From the IMG/VR virus record IMGVR_UViG_3300019477_000133, positions 6,076 through 70,075 of that record: 64,000 nt of DNA; one strand, 5' to 3'. The position numbers were made by a program, and so were the translations under genes. Source of the DNA: a virus. The notes below the pieces were generated by a model, which saw only the letters and a list, made by a program, of their open reading frames with translations, had not been told where the DNA came from and did no database searches. This document shows positions 1 through 9,502 of this stretch, one piece after another. Numbering within the stretch: the stretch's first letter is position 1; each line of letters starts with the position of its first letter.

Positions 1-44
1 ACGATAATATATCAGAACCTTTCTCTAAGAGAGTAAAAGCACAG

Positions 45-584
45 ATGAAAGGTTATGCTTCAGAAGAAGCCGAAAAACTCCATAAAAATGATGAGTTTGG
101 AAATGCTACTTTTGGAACAGAAGATGCTGAGAAAGAACGTAAAGAACATGCTGAAAAGCTAAAGAAAGGTAAGACTACTGCTACTGAAATAGGACTTACT
201 GGAAGCAAACTTGACAAAAAAGAAGTAGAAAATTTACAAAAAACTGTTCACGAGAATAAAATTAAAAGATTAACGTTCCATAGAGCATTCTTATCAGAAA
301 ACCATATGTTATCAAATATTCCTGATAGCATGAAAGTTGAAAACAACCGCTTCATTATGAGAGATTCTAATAATACAGAATATCTTGTAGAATGGCATAA
401 TGAAGGTGCGGATGTAAAGAAGAAAATGGGTGATAAGATTATTAATGAAGAAATGAATCATATTAAACATTTGTTTAATTATAAGTGTTCCGATTATAAC
501 AAGAATAGTACCCCTAATAAGAGACTAAACGAGACAAAAGAGTTTGATGATATGCTTGATAAAGCACGTAAACTTATGAAATAA
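45..584 (+). CDS. hypothetical protein, Lys/Glu-rich; may be truncated at the window start
   Basis: 179-aa ORF with no recognisable motif. Confidence 0.4.
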   Translation: MKGYASEEAEKLHKNDEFGNATFGTEDAEKERKEHAEKLKKGKTTATEIGLTGSKLDKKEVENLQKTVHENKIKRLTFHRAFLSENHMLSNIPDSMKVENNRFIMRDSNNTEYLVEWHNEGADVKKKMGDKIINEEMNHIKHLFNYKCSDYNKNSTPNKRLNETKEFDDMLDKARKLMK

Positions 585-610
585 TCTGAACATAAAACAA
601 TGTTTTAAAA

Positions 611-1381
611 ATGAACAAAAATGAAACTGGAACATTGGGTAGGTGGGACAGTATACTAAATTATATTGTCAAAACTATCCAATGGATTGGACATGCAAAA
701 GTTAGCGAACTTGCAAAAATATTATCTTTCTTTACAATCGTAATACTTTTATCAGGTGTAGGTTGGTGGGTCTATAAAATAGGTAATGACCAGAATACTC
801 TTAATAAAATGCTAAATGAAATTGTAAGGAAAGAGAAAGAAGATGAAGCTAATATGAAAATTCGTGATGCGGTAACACCACAGATAAATAACGAATTAAA
901 AAAAATTCTATACACAAGTAATGCTTCAAGAGTTGCTATATTTGAATTACATAACGGTAAGGAAAATGCAACTAATTTACCATTTAGATATGTAGACATG
1001 TCTTATGAGGCAATAAACGAGAATGATAAAGATATAAATTTTGTAAGTGATAGATTTCAAAATATACCTTTAACTCATTATCAAATGCCTTATTATGTTG
1101 CTAAGAATGGTATGTTTATCGGTACTACAGAAGATGCAAGAATGATAGATTCAAGGTTTGCTGGGGTAGTAGATAGTATTGGTGGTAAATATATATCAAG
1201 TGTTATACTTAAAAGTGGTGGGCGTACTATTGGTTTTCTTTGCCTATTTTTTGATAAAAATTTACCATTAAGAAATAAACCCGAAATGAAACAAACTTTA
1301 GAAAAATTAGCAGATATAGTAAGTCCATTACTTGATTTAAAAGTTTTAAAATTAGAAAAAGATAGATATAAGACATGGTAA
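611..1381 (+). CDS. hypothetical membrane-anchored protein
   Basis: 256-aa ORF with a hydrophobic segment near the N-terminus (FFTIVILLSGVGWWVY). Confidence 0.45.
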   Translation: MNKNETGTLGRWDSILNYIVKTIQWIGHAKVSELAKILSFFTIVILLSGVGWWVYKIGNDQNTLNKMLNEIVRKEKEDEANMKIRDAVTPQINNELKKILYTSNASRVAIFELHNGKENATNLPFRYVDMSYEAINENDKDINFVSDRFQNIPLTHYQMPYYVAKNGMFIGTTEDARMIDSRFAGVVDSIGGKYISSVILKSGGRTIGFLCLFFDKNLPLRNKPEMKQTLEKLADIVSPLLDLKVLKLEKDRYKTW

Positions 1382-2073
1382 ATAAAATAAAAACCTTGAT
1401 AAGAAAATATTGGTATATTATTAGTATACTGTGTGTTACATTTTTACTCATTGTTTTAGCATCTAATTGTAATAATAAAATTTCAAAAAGAGATAAAGCA
1501 TTAGTCAATGTTGAATACACTGATAGTAATGGTACTTATCACAAAATATATCAAGAAAAAAAGTTCAAAGATTTAAAAAAGGAAAATAAAGACCTATATG
1601 ATTCTTTGAAAGCATACAAAGACCAAATATCATACTTGACTCAATTCAAATATCAAAAAACTTATAACACAGGTAAAATTACTAACAAACCAGTTAGAGA
1701 AGATGTAGAAAGAGTTATAAACAAGAAAGATACTATTAAGGTATACGAATATAAAAGTCAAGACAATGATAGTTTATCTTATACTTTGAAAATAGGAAGT
1801 ATATCAAGACCAGAATGGTACGAACTTAAAACTACCATCAAAGAGAAATTTACATTGGTAAATAAGACTGCAAGTGACGGAACCAATCACCTAACAATAG
1901 ATACATCTAATAAAGGTAATATAACAGATGTAACCACTTACAAAAAGAAAGAGAAGAAAGGTTTTTGGAAACGGTTTAAAGCTGGACCAAGTGTAAGTGT
2001 AGGGTATGACCCAATTCATAAAAATATGGGCATGACTATTGGAGTTGGAGTAATGTTCGATTTGACTAAATAA
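1375..2073 (+). CDS. hypothetical protein with an N-terminal transmembrane segment
   Basis: 232-aa ORF whose stop overlaps the previous gene; followed by an intrinsic terminator. Confidence 0.45.
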   Translation: MVNKIKTLIRKYWYIISILCVTFLLIVLASNCNNKISKRDKALVNVEYTDSNGTYHKIYQEKKFKDLKKENKDLYDSLKAYKDQISYLTQFKYQKTYNTGKITNKPVREDVERVINKKDTIKVYEYKSQDNDSLSYTLKIGSISRPEWYELKTTIKEKFTLVNKTASDGTNHLTIDTSNKGNITDVTTYKKKEKKGFWKRFKAGPSVSVGYDPIHKNMGMTIGVGVMFDLTK

Positions 2074-2085
2074 TTTTTTATTATA

Positions 2086-2127
2086 AAATCCTTAGATTAT
2101 ATATTGAAAATCTGAGGATTTTTTTTA
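2086..2127 (+). terminator. rho-independent terminator
   Basis: hairpin aatccttagat...atctgaggatt followed by a T8 run. Confidence 0.6.
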
Positions 2128-2146
2128 TTTTTTATAAAAATTATTT

Positions 2147-2341
2147 ATGGTAGTAAACGGTTTAATGTATTTAGAACTCTTTGTGTTCATACTTGCATTT
2201 TTAGAAGTATTCAGAGAAATATTCGGAGTTATAAAAGTAATAAAAATGAGAAGTGGTAAGGTTGAAATTACAGGATGGAGATTAACATATTTAGGTTTTT
2301 CTATATCATATATACTAACCATGATTATTCTTGGATTTTAA
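2147..2341 (+). CDS. small hydrophobic protein
   Basis: 64-aa ORF, two hydrophobic stretches. Confidence 0.3.
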   Translation: MVVNGLMYLELFVFILAFLEVFREIFGVIKVIKMRSGKVEITGWRLTYLGFSISYILTMIILGF

Positions 2342-2355
2342 ACAAAATATAGATA

Positions 2356-2874
2356 ATGTTACAAATAGAAGAATATATTAAAGAATTAGGGGACTATTTT
2401 GAAGGTATTGAACGTTACAATAAAGCCTTAATAGTTAAAGTACTTTTCCCAAATAAATGGGGAGTATATCCAAGTGAAGATGAACGTATCAAACCAGCAC
2501 AATCAGAAACTAATCCAAATGAATATTTCTATTATGCTGATTCAAATGACGTTAAATTAGAAGAGATTTTTCAACTCATTATAGAGACGAAAAATATGAA
2601 TGAAAGCGTGGTAAATAAAGTTCAACTATTAAAGGAAAAAATAGAAGAACTAAAAGACTTCTTTAAAGATAAAACAATTGAAGAATTAGAAACATTGAAA
2701 TTTGTAACTACAAAACCAAAGAAGAAAAGAAAAAAAACAACAAAGAAAATAGATAAGAACGGAGAAACAAATAAAGTTAATGATTTTGTAGAAACAAATG
2801 ATAAAGACACACCAGTAATTAATAATACTGATGCAAACGAATTAGAAATAACCGAAGATAAAGAAACAGAATAA
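2356..2874 (+). CDS. hypothetical protein with a basic KKKRKK patch
   Basis: 172-aa ORF. Confidence 0.4.
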   Translation: MLQIEEYIKELGDYFEGIERYNKALIVKVLFPNKWGVYPSEDERIKPAQSETNPNEYFYYADSNDVKLEEIFQLIIETKNMNESVVNKVQLLKEKIEELKDFFKDKTIEELETLKFVTTKPKKKRKKTTKKIDKNGETNKVNDFVETNDKDTPVINNTDANELEITEDKETE

Positions 2875-3218
2875 TGACACTTATAATTTATATTTTATTC
2901 GCATACGGTCTATCCAATATGCTTGTATATGCAAGTGGACCACTTGATATTATTGATATATTTAGAACAGCAACAAAACGTTATTTGGGACCAATAGGTA
3001 ATGTTTTTGATTGCATGATGTGTACAAGCGCAAATGTAGGATGGGTAACATCATTACTAAATATTTTTATATTCCCAACAATACCATTTACAGCAGGAAA
3101 TATTATCTTTGGTGATAGTTTACCATGGTATATTATTATTTTCATTGACTTATGCTTTACATCTGGTATTGTATGGCTTTTAAATAGCGTACAGGAGGCG
3201 TTAGAAGGTAATGACTAA
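2874..3218 (+). CDS. small membrane protein
   Basis: 114-aa ORF with an overlapping start and several hydrophobic segments. Confidence 0.4.
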   Translation: MTLIIYILFAYGLSNMLVYASGPLDIIDIFRTATKRYLGPIGNVFDCMMCTSANVGWVTSLLNIFIFPTIPFTAGNIIFGDSLPWYIIIFIDLCFTSGIVWLLNSVQEALEGND

Positions 3219-3450
3219 CAACAGTAGCTACGAACTAAATAAAGAGCTTAGAGGACTTAAAAACGACCAAAAAATGACTGAAAGAAATATTGCCCAACAG
3301 CAGGAAAATATAGCTAATAAATTAAATGGTGCAATGGGCAAAGATATGATGGAAGTTATAAGTGGTAAGAAAAAAATAACCATTTCTAAATTGGAAAAAG
3401 TTAAGTACTCTTTGAAAAGAATAACTGATAAAATTTTTGATTTTTTTTAA
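3211..3450 (+). CDS. hypothetical protein
   Basis: 79-aa ORF, start overlaps the previous gene. Confidence 0.35.
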   Translation: MTNNSSYELNKELRGLKNDQKMTERNIAQQQENIANKLNGAMGKDMMEVISGKKKITISKLEKVKYSLKRITDKIFDFF

Positions 3451-3452
3451 TC

Positions 3453-3713
3453 ATGGAACTTACATTAAATAGTTACAAAATATTTGAATTAGGTAATCAT
3501 ATTTCAACATTTCTTCATGATTGTGGCATAACAAAAGGTGGCGTACTCAATATAAAAGTTAATAAAGAAGAACTGAGAAAAATAGATGAAGACTTATATT
3601 ATAGACAAAATCCAAAAGGAGAAGATTTTATTCCATCAGATAATGAAATTCAAATCTCTTTTCCAAACGTTTCAATAATTATACAATGTGCCGTAAAACC
3701 CACAAGTCTTTAG
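3453..3713 (+). CDS. hypothetical protein
   Basis: 86-aa ORF; its 3' end overlaps conserved element A of the duplicated small-RNA locus. Confidence 0.35.
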   Translation: MELTLNSYKIFELGNHISTFLHDCGITKGGVLNIKVNKEELRKIDEDLYYRQNPKGEDFIPSDNEIQISFPNVSIIIQCAVKPTSL

Positions 3714-3966
3714 CTTATGGGATGTAAGGTACTATTTTTTTCTAAAAAAATGCAATAAAAATGTTGTAGTTTAAAAATTTCTTTGTATCTTTACAAAGTA
3801 ATAGCAATTACATCGGCAGGGACTGTCGATTACACGGGTGGAGAGGAAGTAAGAACTAACAATTAGGAAAGTCATTCCTCCGTGAAGCCCGAAGCACATA
3901 AGTCTTTAGACTGAGTGTAGTTCACACAAACAGAAAGCGACAACCATTTAGTTCGTCGCTTTTTTA
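3688..3966 (+). ncRNA. candidate small structured RNA, copy 1. Element A (3688-3733) is separated from the core (3812-3846, ATCGGCAGGGACTGTCGATTACACGGGTGGAGAGG) by a ~78-nt insert with a promoter-like tatctttacaaag. It ends at an intrinsic terminator (3937-3966).
   Basis: the same A and core sequences recur at 47791-47855; potential internal stems (ggagagga/ttcctcc); terminator hairpin gcgac...gtcgc plus T6. Confidence 0.4.
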
Positions 3967-4653
3967 ATTTCTCGTCTTTGTTCTTTTAACTTTTTCTCTA
4001 TCCCAACCAGTTTTCTCTTCAATCTTATTTATCCAATCACCCTTTAACTTGCTTTTATTTAAATCTCCACAAAAAGCAATATAACGAAATTTCTCGTTCT
4101 CACATTTATCCTGTATAGTATTATATAAACGTATACAGTCTTTTTTATTCTTTGTAAGAACTATTTCAATATTCCCATTGGTATCAATAAGTAATTTATT
4201 GTTGTAAACTAATATTTGTTTGAAATTATACTTATTCTTTTTATCCCGATTAATCAAATTGTCAAATATCCATTTAAAATCTTTACGTTCAAATAAAGGG
4301 TGATAACCATATACCCAAAATGTTTCTTCTTTGTCGTAATCATCTTTATCAAATACCCTCCAAGAATTATGGTTTGTTTCGTAATTTATAAACTTTCCAT
4401 ACTCATCTCGTAATCTTACAACTTCATTAGTATTAGAATCGTTATACTCTATAATGAATAATTCATATTTAGTTTCAACAAGTTTTTTATTCTGATGAGT
4501 CCATCGAACAGGGAAAAGTACTTTATTACTTTTACTCTTTAACTCTTCAAAACGTCTGTAAACTCTCTCGATATTACCACACCAGTAAATATCTTCAATC
4601 TGTTTACCATTCTTAGTTAATATAATGTGAAATTTATTCTTCTTAGGTTTCAT
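3964..4653 (-). CDS. hypothetical basic protein
   Basis: 229-aa ORF on the minus strand with no motif recognised. Confidence 0.5.
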   Translation of the reverse strand: MKPKKNKFHIILTKNGKQIEDIYWCGNIERVYRRFEELKSKSNKVLFPVRWTHQNKKLVETKYELFIIEYNDSNTNEVVRLRDEYGKFINYETNHNSWRVFDKDDYDKEETFWVYGYHPLFERKDFKWIFDNLINRDKKNKYNFKQILVYNNKLLIDTNGNIEIVLTKNKKDCIRLYNTIQDKCENEKFRYIAFCGDLNKSKLKGDWINKIEEKTGWDREKVKRTKTRN

Positions 4654-4718
4654 ATTATAAAAAATAAGAATGAAATGATTTTTTTCGATAAATATTTTGC
4701 TAATATTAAAAAGAATAT

Positions 4719-4743
4719 GTATCTTTGCAATGTTAATTTAAAA
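4719..4743 (+). promoter_or_regulatory. Bacteroidetes-type promoter with a -7 TAnnTTTG box. The 25-mer gtatctttgcaatgttaatttaaaa is repeated identically at 57180-57204.
   Basis: exact 25-nt duplicate; both copies sit upstream of an ORF start. Confidence 0.5.
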
Positions 4744-4754
4744 TTTTAATAAAT

Positions 4755-5228
4755 ATGGGCAAGAAAATTTTTGCTACAAGTTCAGACATCGTAGAGATTG
4801 CTGAAGAGAAATTCCAAGAGACTGGTCTTGCATCAGTAGGTGTTAGACTCAATGTCATGTCAACAACTAAGGCTAATAGCGTTGTAGAAGTACGACAGAT
4901 TGGTGCAACTGAGAAGTTTAAGACAAAGAGTGAGTCAGGTATTAATATGATTATCTATGAGGATGCATTTGATAGACTTTCAGATAAGATGAAAGAAGAC
5001 CTTATTGAGGGTGCTTTATCAAAGATAAGTTATGATTCAGAGAAAGACCGCCTTACAGTAGATAATAGTCAGTATGGAGAAGTTCTCCGTATGAGAATCA
5101 AGCATGATGATTATCTGGACACTATTGAGACCTCTTTAATCACTATCGAAGCTATTGCAGAAGAGGAGAAAGAGCGTAAGCGTGAAGAGAAAGAAGACAA
5201 GAAAAATAAAAAGAATATGCAAGCTTAA
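4755..5228 (+). CDS. hypothetical protein with an acidic, Lys-rich C-terminus
   Basis: 157-aa ORF downstream of the promoter motif. Confidence 0.5.
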   Translation: MGKKIFATSSDIVEIAEEKFQETGLASVGVRLNVMSTTKANSVVEVRQIGATEKFKTKSESGINMIIYEDAFDRLSDKMKEDLIEGALSKISYDSEKDRLTVDNSQYGEVLRMRIKHDDYLDTIETSLITIEAIAEEEKERKREEKEDKKNKKNMQA

Positions 5229-5295
5229 AGATTACGAGGACTGTTATAGATATTTTGTAGCAGTTCCTCATTTTATTTAACCAATACAGAATACA

Positions 5296-5901
5296 ATGGA
5301 AAAGAAGTATAAACTTTTAAAAGATGACTATATTGACTTTCATTTATACTATGATAGTGAAGATGAAAGTGAAATGCAAGAAGAATATAGACTTTATAGA
5401 ATACAAGCATTACGAGACTTTGGTGATGTTAAAAAAGGCGAATTAGGTGGATATATCCAAACCCAAAAGAATTTAAGTCATAGTGGAAATTGTTGGGTGT
5501 ATGATAATGCTATAGCTGGAGATGACTCTAAAGTTAAAAATAATGCTAAAGTGATGGATGGAGCTATTTTGAGAGGAGCAGCTGTTGTATCTAAGAACGC
5601 AGTGTTGACAAACAATGCTAAACTTGCGTCTTCTGCTATCGTTACTGATAACGCTGTCGTTGAATTTACTGATATTTATGGAGAAAACGTAATTAAAGAT
5701 AACGCTGTTTTGGATGGTGGTGAAATTTATGGCAATTTAGTTGTGAGTGGAAATGCTAAGTTATCTGGAGGTTTCATTTTCTTTGGTTATAAAAATGGTG
5801 AAATCAGTGGAAATATAGATTTAGAATTTAGTACGATTAGAAAATCATTCCGTGATAAATTTGAAACAAATGAAGAACTATTAAACTACATTAATAGTTA
5901 A
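5296..5901 (+). CDS. hexapeptide-repeat (left-handed beta-helix-like) protein
   Basis: repeats of the type NAKVMDGAILRGAAVVSKNAVLTNNAKLASSAIVTDNAVV... Confidence 0.45.
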   Translation: MEKKYKLLKDDYIDFHLYYDSEDESEMQEEYRLYRIQALRDFGDVKKGELGGYIQTQKNLSHSGNCWVYDNAIAGDDSKVKNNAKVMDGAILRGAAVVSKNAVLTNNAKLASSAIVTDNAVVEFTDIYGENVIKDNAVLDGGEIYGNLVVSGNAKLSGGFIFFGYKNGEISGNIDLEFSTIRKSFRDKFETNEELLNYINS

Positions 5902-5915
5902 TATAAATTAATAAA

Positions 5916-6806
5916 ATGGGCGATATAAGCTTACTAACTAAAATTAAGGACTTTAAAAGTCCATGGTGTTATCAATATCAAAGACGTTTAGATACTTTAG
6001 AAGAAGATAAAGAAATACTTGGATGGACTGATGATGATATAAAAAACATCAATCTTGACGAATTTGAATTTTCTTTTATTACCACCAAAGAAGAAAAGAA
6101 AGAAGCAACAGATTTTATCAAACGTTATGAATGGCTTGGTACTGTAGGTAGTTACCCAACACATTGGTTTGCAGCACGCTATAAAGGAATTTTAGGTGGT
6201 GTAATCATTATGGGTATGCCAAATGCTTTCAGTAAACTTTTAGGTGAGAAGACTAAAGATATAGAACGTCTTATAGCACGTGGCGCAAGTGCATCATGGA
6301 CACCGATGAATCTTGGAAGTAAGTTCTTAATGTGGTGTATCAAGTGGATGACTAAGAATACACAATATCGCCTATTTACCTGTTATAGTGACCTACAAGC
6401 GAAAGAAAATGGTTCGATATACCAAGCACTCAACTTTTACTTTTTAGGGGCTGGAAGTGGAACAAATGTAAGATGTGTTAATCCATATAATCCAGAAAAG
6501 ATTATGACGGATAGAGCTTTTAGGTCAAAAAGTTTCTACAAACGTTATGCTAAAGACCTTGGAATAGAATGGCAGAAGAACTGGTCAAATAGCCAACGTA
6601 TGCTTTGGGAAAATATCCCTGATGACATTGAAAAAGAATTAAGATATTATTCCAAAAAGATGTTTGCCGAATCTGAAAAGATTTATTTTCCATCAAAATA
6701 TAAATACGCTTTTATTTTAGGTAAAGATAAAAGAGAAACGAAACGTTTGAGAAATGAATTTTTAAATAAAAACAAAGTATATGAGTACCCCAAAAGAGAA
6801 AAATAA
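5916..6806 (+). CDS. hypothetical protein
   Basis: 296-aa ORF. Confidence 0.5.
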   Translation: MGDISLLTKIKDFKSPWCYQYQRRLDTLEEDKEILGWTDDDIKNINLDEFEFSFITTKEEKKEATDFIKRYEWLGTVGSYPTHWFAARYKGILGGVIIMGMPNAFSKLLGEKTKDIERLIARGASASWTPMNLGSKFLMWCIKWMTKNTQYRLFTCYSDLQAKENGSIYQALNFYFLGAGSGTNVRCVNPYNPEKIMTDRAFRSKSFYKRYAKDLGIEWQKNWSNSQRMLWENIPDDIEKELRYYSKKMFAESEKIYFPSKYKYAFILGKDKRETKRLRNEFLNKNKVYEYPKREK

Positions 6807-7071
6807 CGAGATTAAAATCGTGAAAAGGTTAGACCCTAAATATAATGAGGTAGGAATAACCGATTTTAAAATGACATATTGGCAGGAAGCTAACACAATA
6901 GATGGTGATGAATTGGAAGGTGAAAGTCTGACATTAACTATGATAAACGCATTAGTTGATGAGAAAAGTTGGTTCTTGAAAATAGAAACTGGTAAAGGTG
7001 GATTTTCTATTAATAAACCCGAAGATTTACAAGCCATCTTAAATGATTTCTATAAAAGATTTAGTGTATGA
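6781..7071 (+). CDS. hypothetical protein
   Basis: 96-aa ORF, overlaps its neighbours by a few nt. Confidence 0.4.
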   Translation: MSTPKEKNNEIKIVKRLDPKYNEVGITDFKMTYWQEANTIDGDELEGESLTLTMINALVDEKSWFLKIETGKGGFSINKPEDLQAILNDFYKRFSV

Positions 7072-7742
7072 AAAATTTAATAAAAGATTTTAGAAAATTT
7101 GCGTTAGATAAAACAAATGTGAAAAGAGACAGTTTGGATTATCTAACAAAAAATATGACACCATATATTCTTGAAGAAAGAAAATTAAACGTCACGCAAA
7201 TGGATGTATTCAGCCGACTCATGTTAGATAGAATAATCTATTTTAGTGGAGAAGTTACACCAGAAGTGTGCGATATGGTTAATGCACAATTATTATATCT
7301 TAATAATTCAGATGGTGATAACGGAAGAGATATACAGTTGTTTATAAACTCTCCTGGTGGTAGCGTTGTTGATGGCTTATCAGTAGTTGACACCATGAAC
7401 TTTATTGATTGTGACGTTTCTACTACTTGTATGGGTATGGCAGCTTCGATGGGGTCTGTATTACTCAGTAACGGTACTATTGGAAAAAGATATGTCTTAC
7501 CTCACTCTCGTGTTATGATTCATCAAGTTAGCAGTAGTATGCGTGGAACTGTTAGTGATATGGAGATTGAATTTGCAGAAACACAAAGATGTAAGAAAGA
7601 TGTGTACAATGTACTCGCACAAAATACAGGACATACATACGAAGAAATGGAAAAACTATGTGATAGAAACAATTGGTTTATTGGTAGTGAAGCCGTTGAC
7701 GAACTACATATTGCAGATAAAGTAATCGAATGCAATAAATGA
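7068..7742 (+). CDS. clpP: ATP-dependent Clp protease proteolytic subunit (ClpP-like, probable prohead protease)
   Basis: ClpP signature INSPGGSVVDGLSVVDTMNFI...TTCMGMAASMGSVLL...RYVLPHSRVMIHQ (Ser/His catalytic context). Confidence 0.85.
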   Translation: MKNLIKDFRKFALDKTNVKRDSLDYLTKNMTPYILEERKLNVTQMDVFSRLMLDRIIYFSGEVTPEVCDMVNAQLLYLNNSDGDNGRDIQLFINSPGGSVVDGLSVVDTMNFIDCDVSTTCMGMAASMGSVLLSNGTIGKRYVLPHSRVMIHQVSSSMRGTVSDMEIEFAETQRCKKDVYNVLAQNTGHTYEEMEKLCDRNNWFIGSEAVDELHIADKVIECNK

Positions 7743-7807
7743 TAAGATTCTGGCAATAAACGTTAATTATTGCCAGAATCCAACTATTTATAAGAAATAA
7801 AGTTTTT

Positions 7808-8218
7808 ATGAAAAAGATAATAAGATTAACAGAAAACGATTTACATAGTATAGTAAAAAATACGTTATCTAAAGTTATCAAAGAAAGTAACAACGAACCA
7901 ATTGATATTACAGAAGGGGTGATTTCTTCTATTTGGGATTCTAACTATGACTTTGATAGATGGGAAGACGGATGGCATAGAGAAGTAGATTTTGCAAATG
8001 AAGCAGGAGAATCATACATATTAGATATATATATTAATCGAGAAGTAAAACCAGGACTGAAGAGTCATGATTACGATGTACCTGACGACCCAGATGAAAT
8101 TAACGTAACCCTTGATATAGATAATATACGAGCTTTTGATGCTGATGGAGAAGAGATATATCCAATAACATTTAATGTAGAACGTATATTAGATAGTTTG
8201 TATGACTATGTTGGTTAA
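7808..8218 (+). CDS. hypothetical acidic protein
   Basis: 136-aa ORF. Confidence 0.45.
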   Translation: MKKIIRLTENDLHSIVKNTLSKVIKESNNEPIDITEGVISSIWDSNYDFDRWEDGWHREVDFANEAGESYILDIYINREVKPGLKSHDYDVPDDPDEINVTLDIDNIRAFDADGEEIYPITFNVERILDSLYDYVG

Positions 8219-8546
8219 ACAACTGTTAAATAAAATATAAGAAAAAAATAATTTAATATTATGGCTTGTGCATGTCAAAAAAGTAGAGTAAATAGTGGTG
8301 TTCCAAAAGTTAAGAGAACTATTACACGTCCTACTTCACCTATCAGAAATGGAAGTGCTGGTAGAAGACGTATTGATAGAAGAGTTCTTAAATAGTGTTA
8401 AAACTATTAGAAAAAATTGCAGGAATAAAACTTTTTTACTACCTTTGCAAAAGAATTAAAAACATATCAGATATTGGTTGAAAATAAAACTTGACAGTCA
8501 ACTATAAGTATACTTAATAGGAATAATTTAAACTAATCTGATATAT

Positions 8547-8632
8547 GGCTCGATGGTGAAACAGGTAAACACGTTGGATTTAAAATCCAATATTCAGAAA
8601 TGGATTTACGGGTTCGACCCCCGTTCGAGCTA
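8547..8632 (+). tRNA. tRNA-Leu(TAA), class II with a long variable arm
   Basis: hand-folded cloverleaf: acceptor ggctcga/tcgagct, anticodon stem ttgga/tccaa with loop ttTAAaa, T-arm acggg-ttcgacc-cccgt; promoter cctttgcaaaag upstream. Confidence 0.7.
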
Positions 8633-8664
8633 CTCTCGAATGTTTCACATTTAAACATAAACAA

Positions 8665-9054
8665 ATGGGAAAAATTATTGTTTATAATTGCAAAGAAGAA
8701 GACCATACTTCAAAACCAAATAACTTCTATATAGGAAGAAGTAAAAATGGAAATCCACTTGGTAATCCATATACATTTAATGGTAAAAGAAGTAATCTTG
8801 CTAAACTAACATTCAGAACACGAGATGAAGCAGTTGATGCTTATCGTAGATACTTTGATAGTGCTTATGGTGTAGACCCATATCTTACACATGATTTTGA
8901 TGAAATATATGAACATTATAAGAACGGAGAAGATGTGTATCTACAATGTTTCTGTAAACCGCTAAGATGTCACGGAGAAATCATAGCTGAGGAATTACAG
9001 AAAAAGTTACTTAGAGAAAAAATGAAAGAAATAAAAAGAAATGCAGAGAAATAA
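8665..9054 (+). CDS. hypothetical protein
   Basis: 129-aa ORF. Confidence 0.45.
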   Translation: MGKIIVYNCKEEDHTSKPNNFYIGRSKNGNPLGNPYTFNGKRSNLAKLTFRTRDEAVDAYRRYFDSAYGVDPYLTHDFDEIYEHYKNGEDVYLQCFCKPLRCHGEIIAEELQKKLLREKMKEIKRNAEK

Positions 9055-9073
9055 ATCTCTGCATTTTTCAATT

Positions 9074-9385
9074 TTAAAAGAAAGGGTTATCCTTTAATGA
9101 AACAATTATATTATGGTATTTCTTACATACTTCAGTGAATTTATCAACTTCTTCTTTACTTAAATTAAACCATTCATTTAAACGATTATATTTCCTATAA
9201 TGTCGATGTAACATCTGTTCCAACTTAAATGGTTTATCACATTCAAAATAATTTGCAATTAATAATTTCTCAGAATTACCAGTTTGTAATTCCTTTAAAC
9301 GTTCATTGATATCATTTTTACGTGTTGAACCTATTTTGTAATGGTTACTATCATTTTCTTCGGTAATTAGGTAAACAAATCCCAT
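9074..9385 (-). CDS. T5orf172 / GIY-YIG-like domain protein
   Basis: pattern GFVYLIT...YKIGST...RLKELQT...EWF typical of the T5orf172 (MUG113) family. Confidence 0.5.
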   Translation of the reverse strand: MGFVYLITEENDSNHYKIGSTRKNDINERLKELQTGNSEKLLIANYFECDKPFKLEQMLHRHYRKYNRLNEWFNLSKEEVDKFTEVCKKYHNIIVSLKDNPFF

Positions 9386-9502
9386 GTTTTTATTAAAAAG
9401 TAGTTACTTTAATAAATTTATCAATATATTTATTAAAGAGGATATAAAAAATAATAGGACATTTTTATGTTCAATAATAATACTTTTTAGTAAAATATAA
9501 AC

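Noticed and set aside
8262-8396. 44-aa Arg/Lys-rich small ORF (MACACQKSRVNSGVPKVKRT...)
   Set aside because: It is below the ORF-track threshold with no supporting motif. It may be a real small basic protein but cannot be supported from sequence alone.
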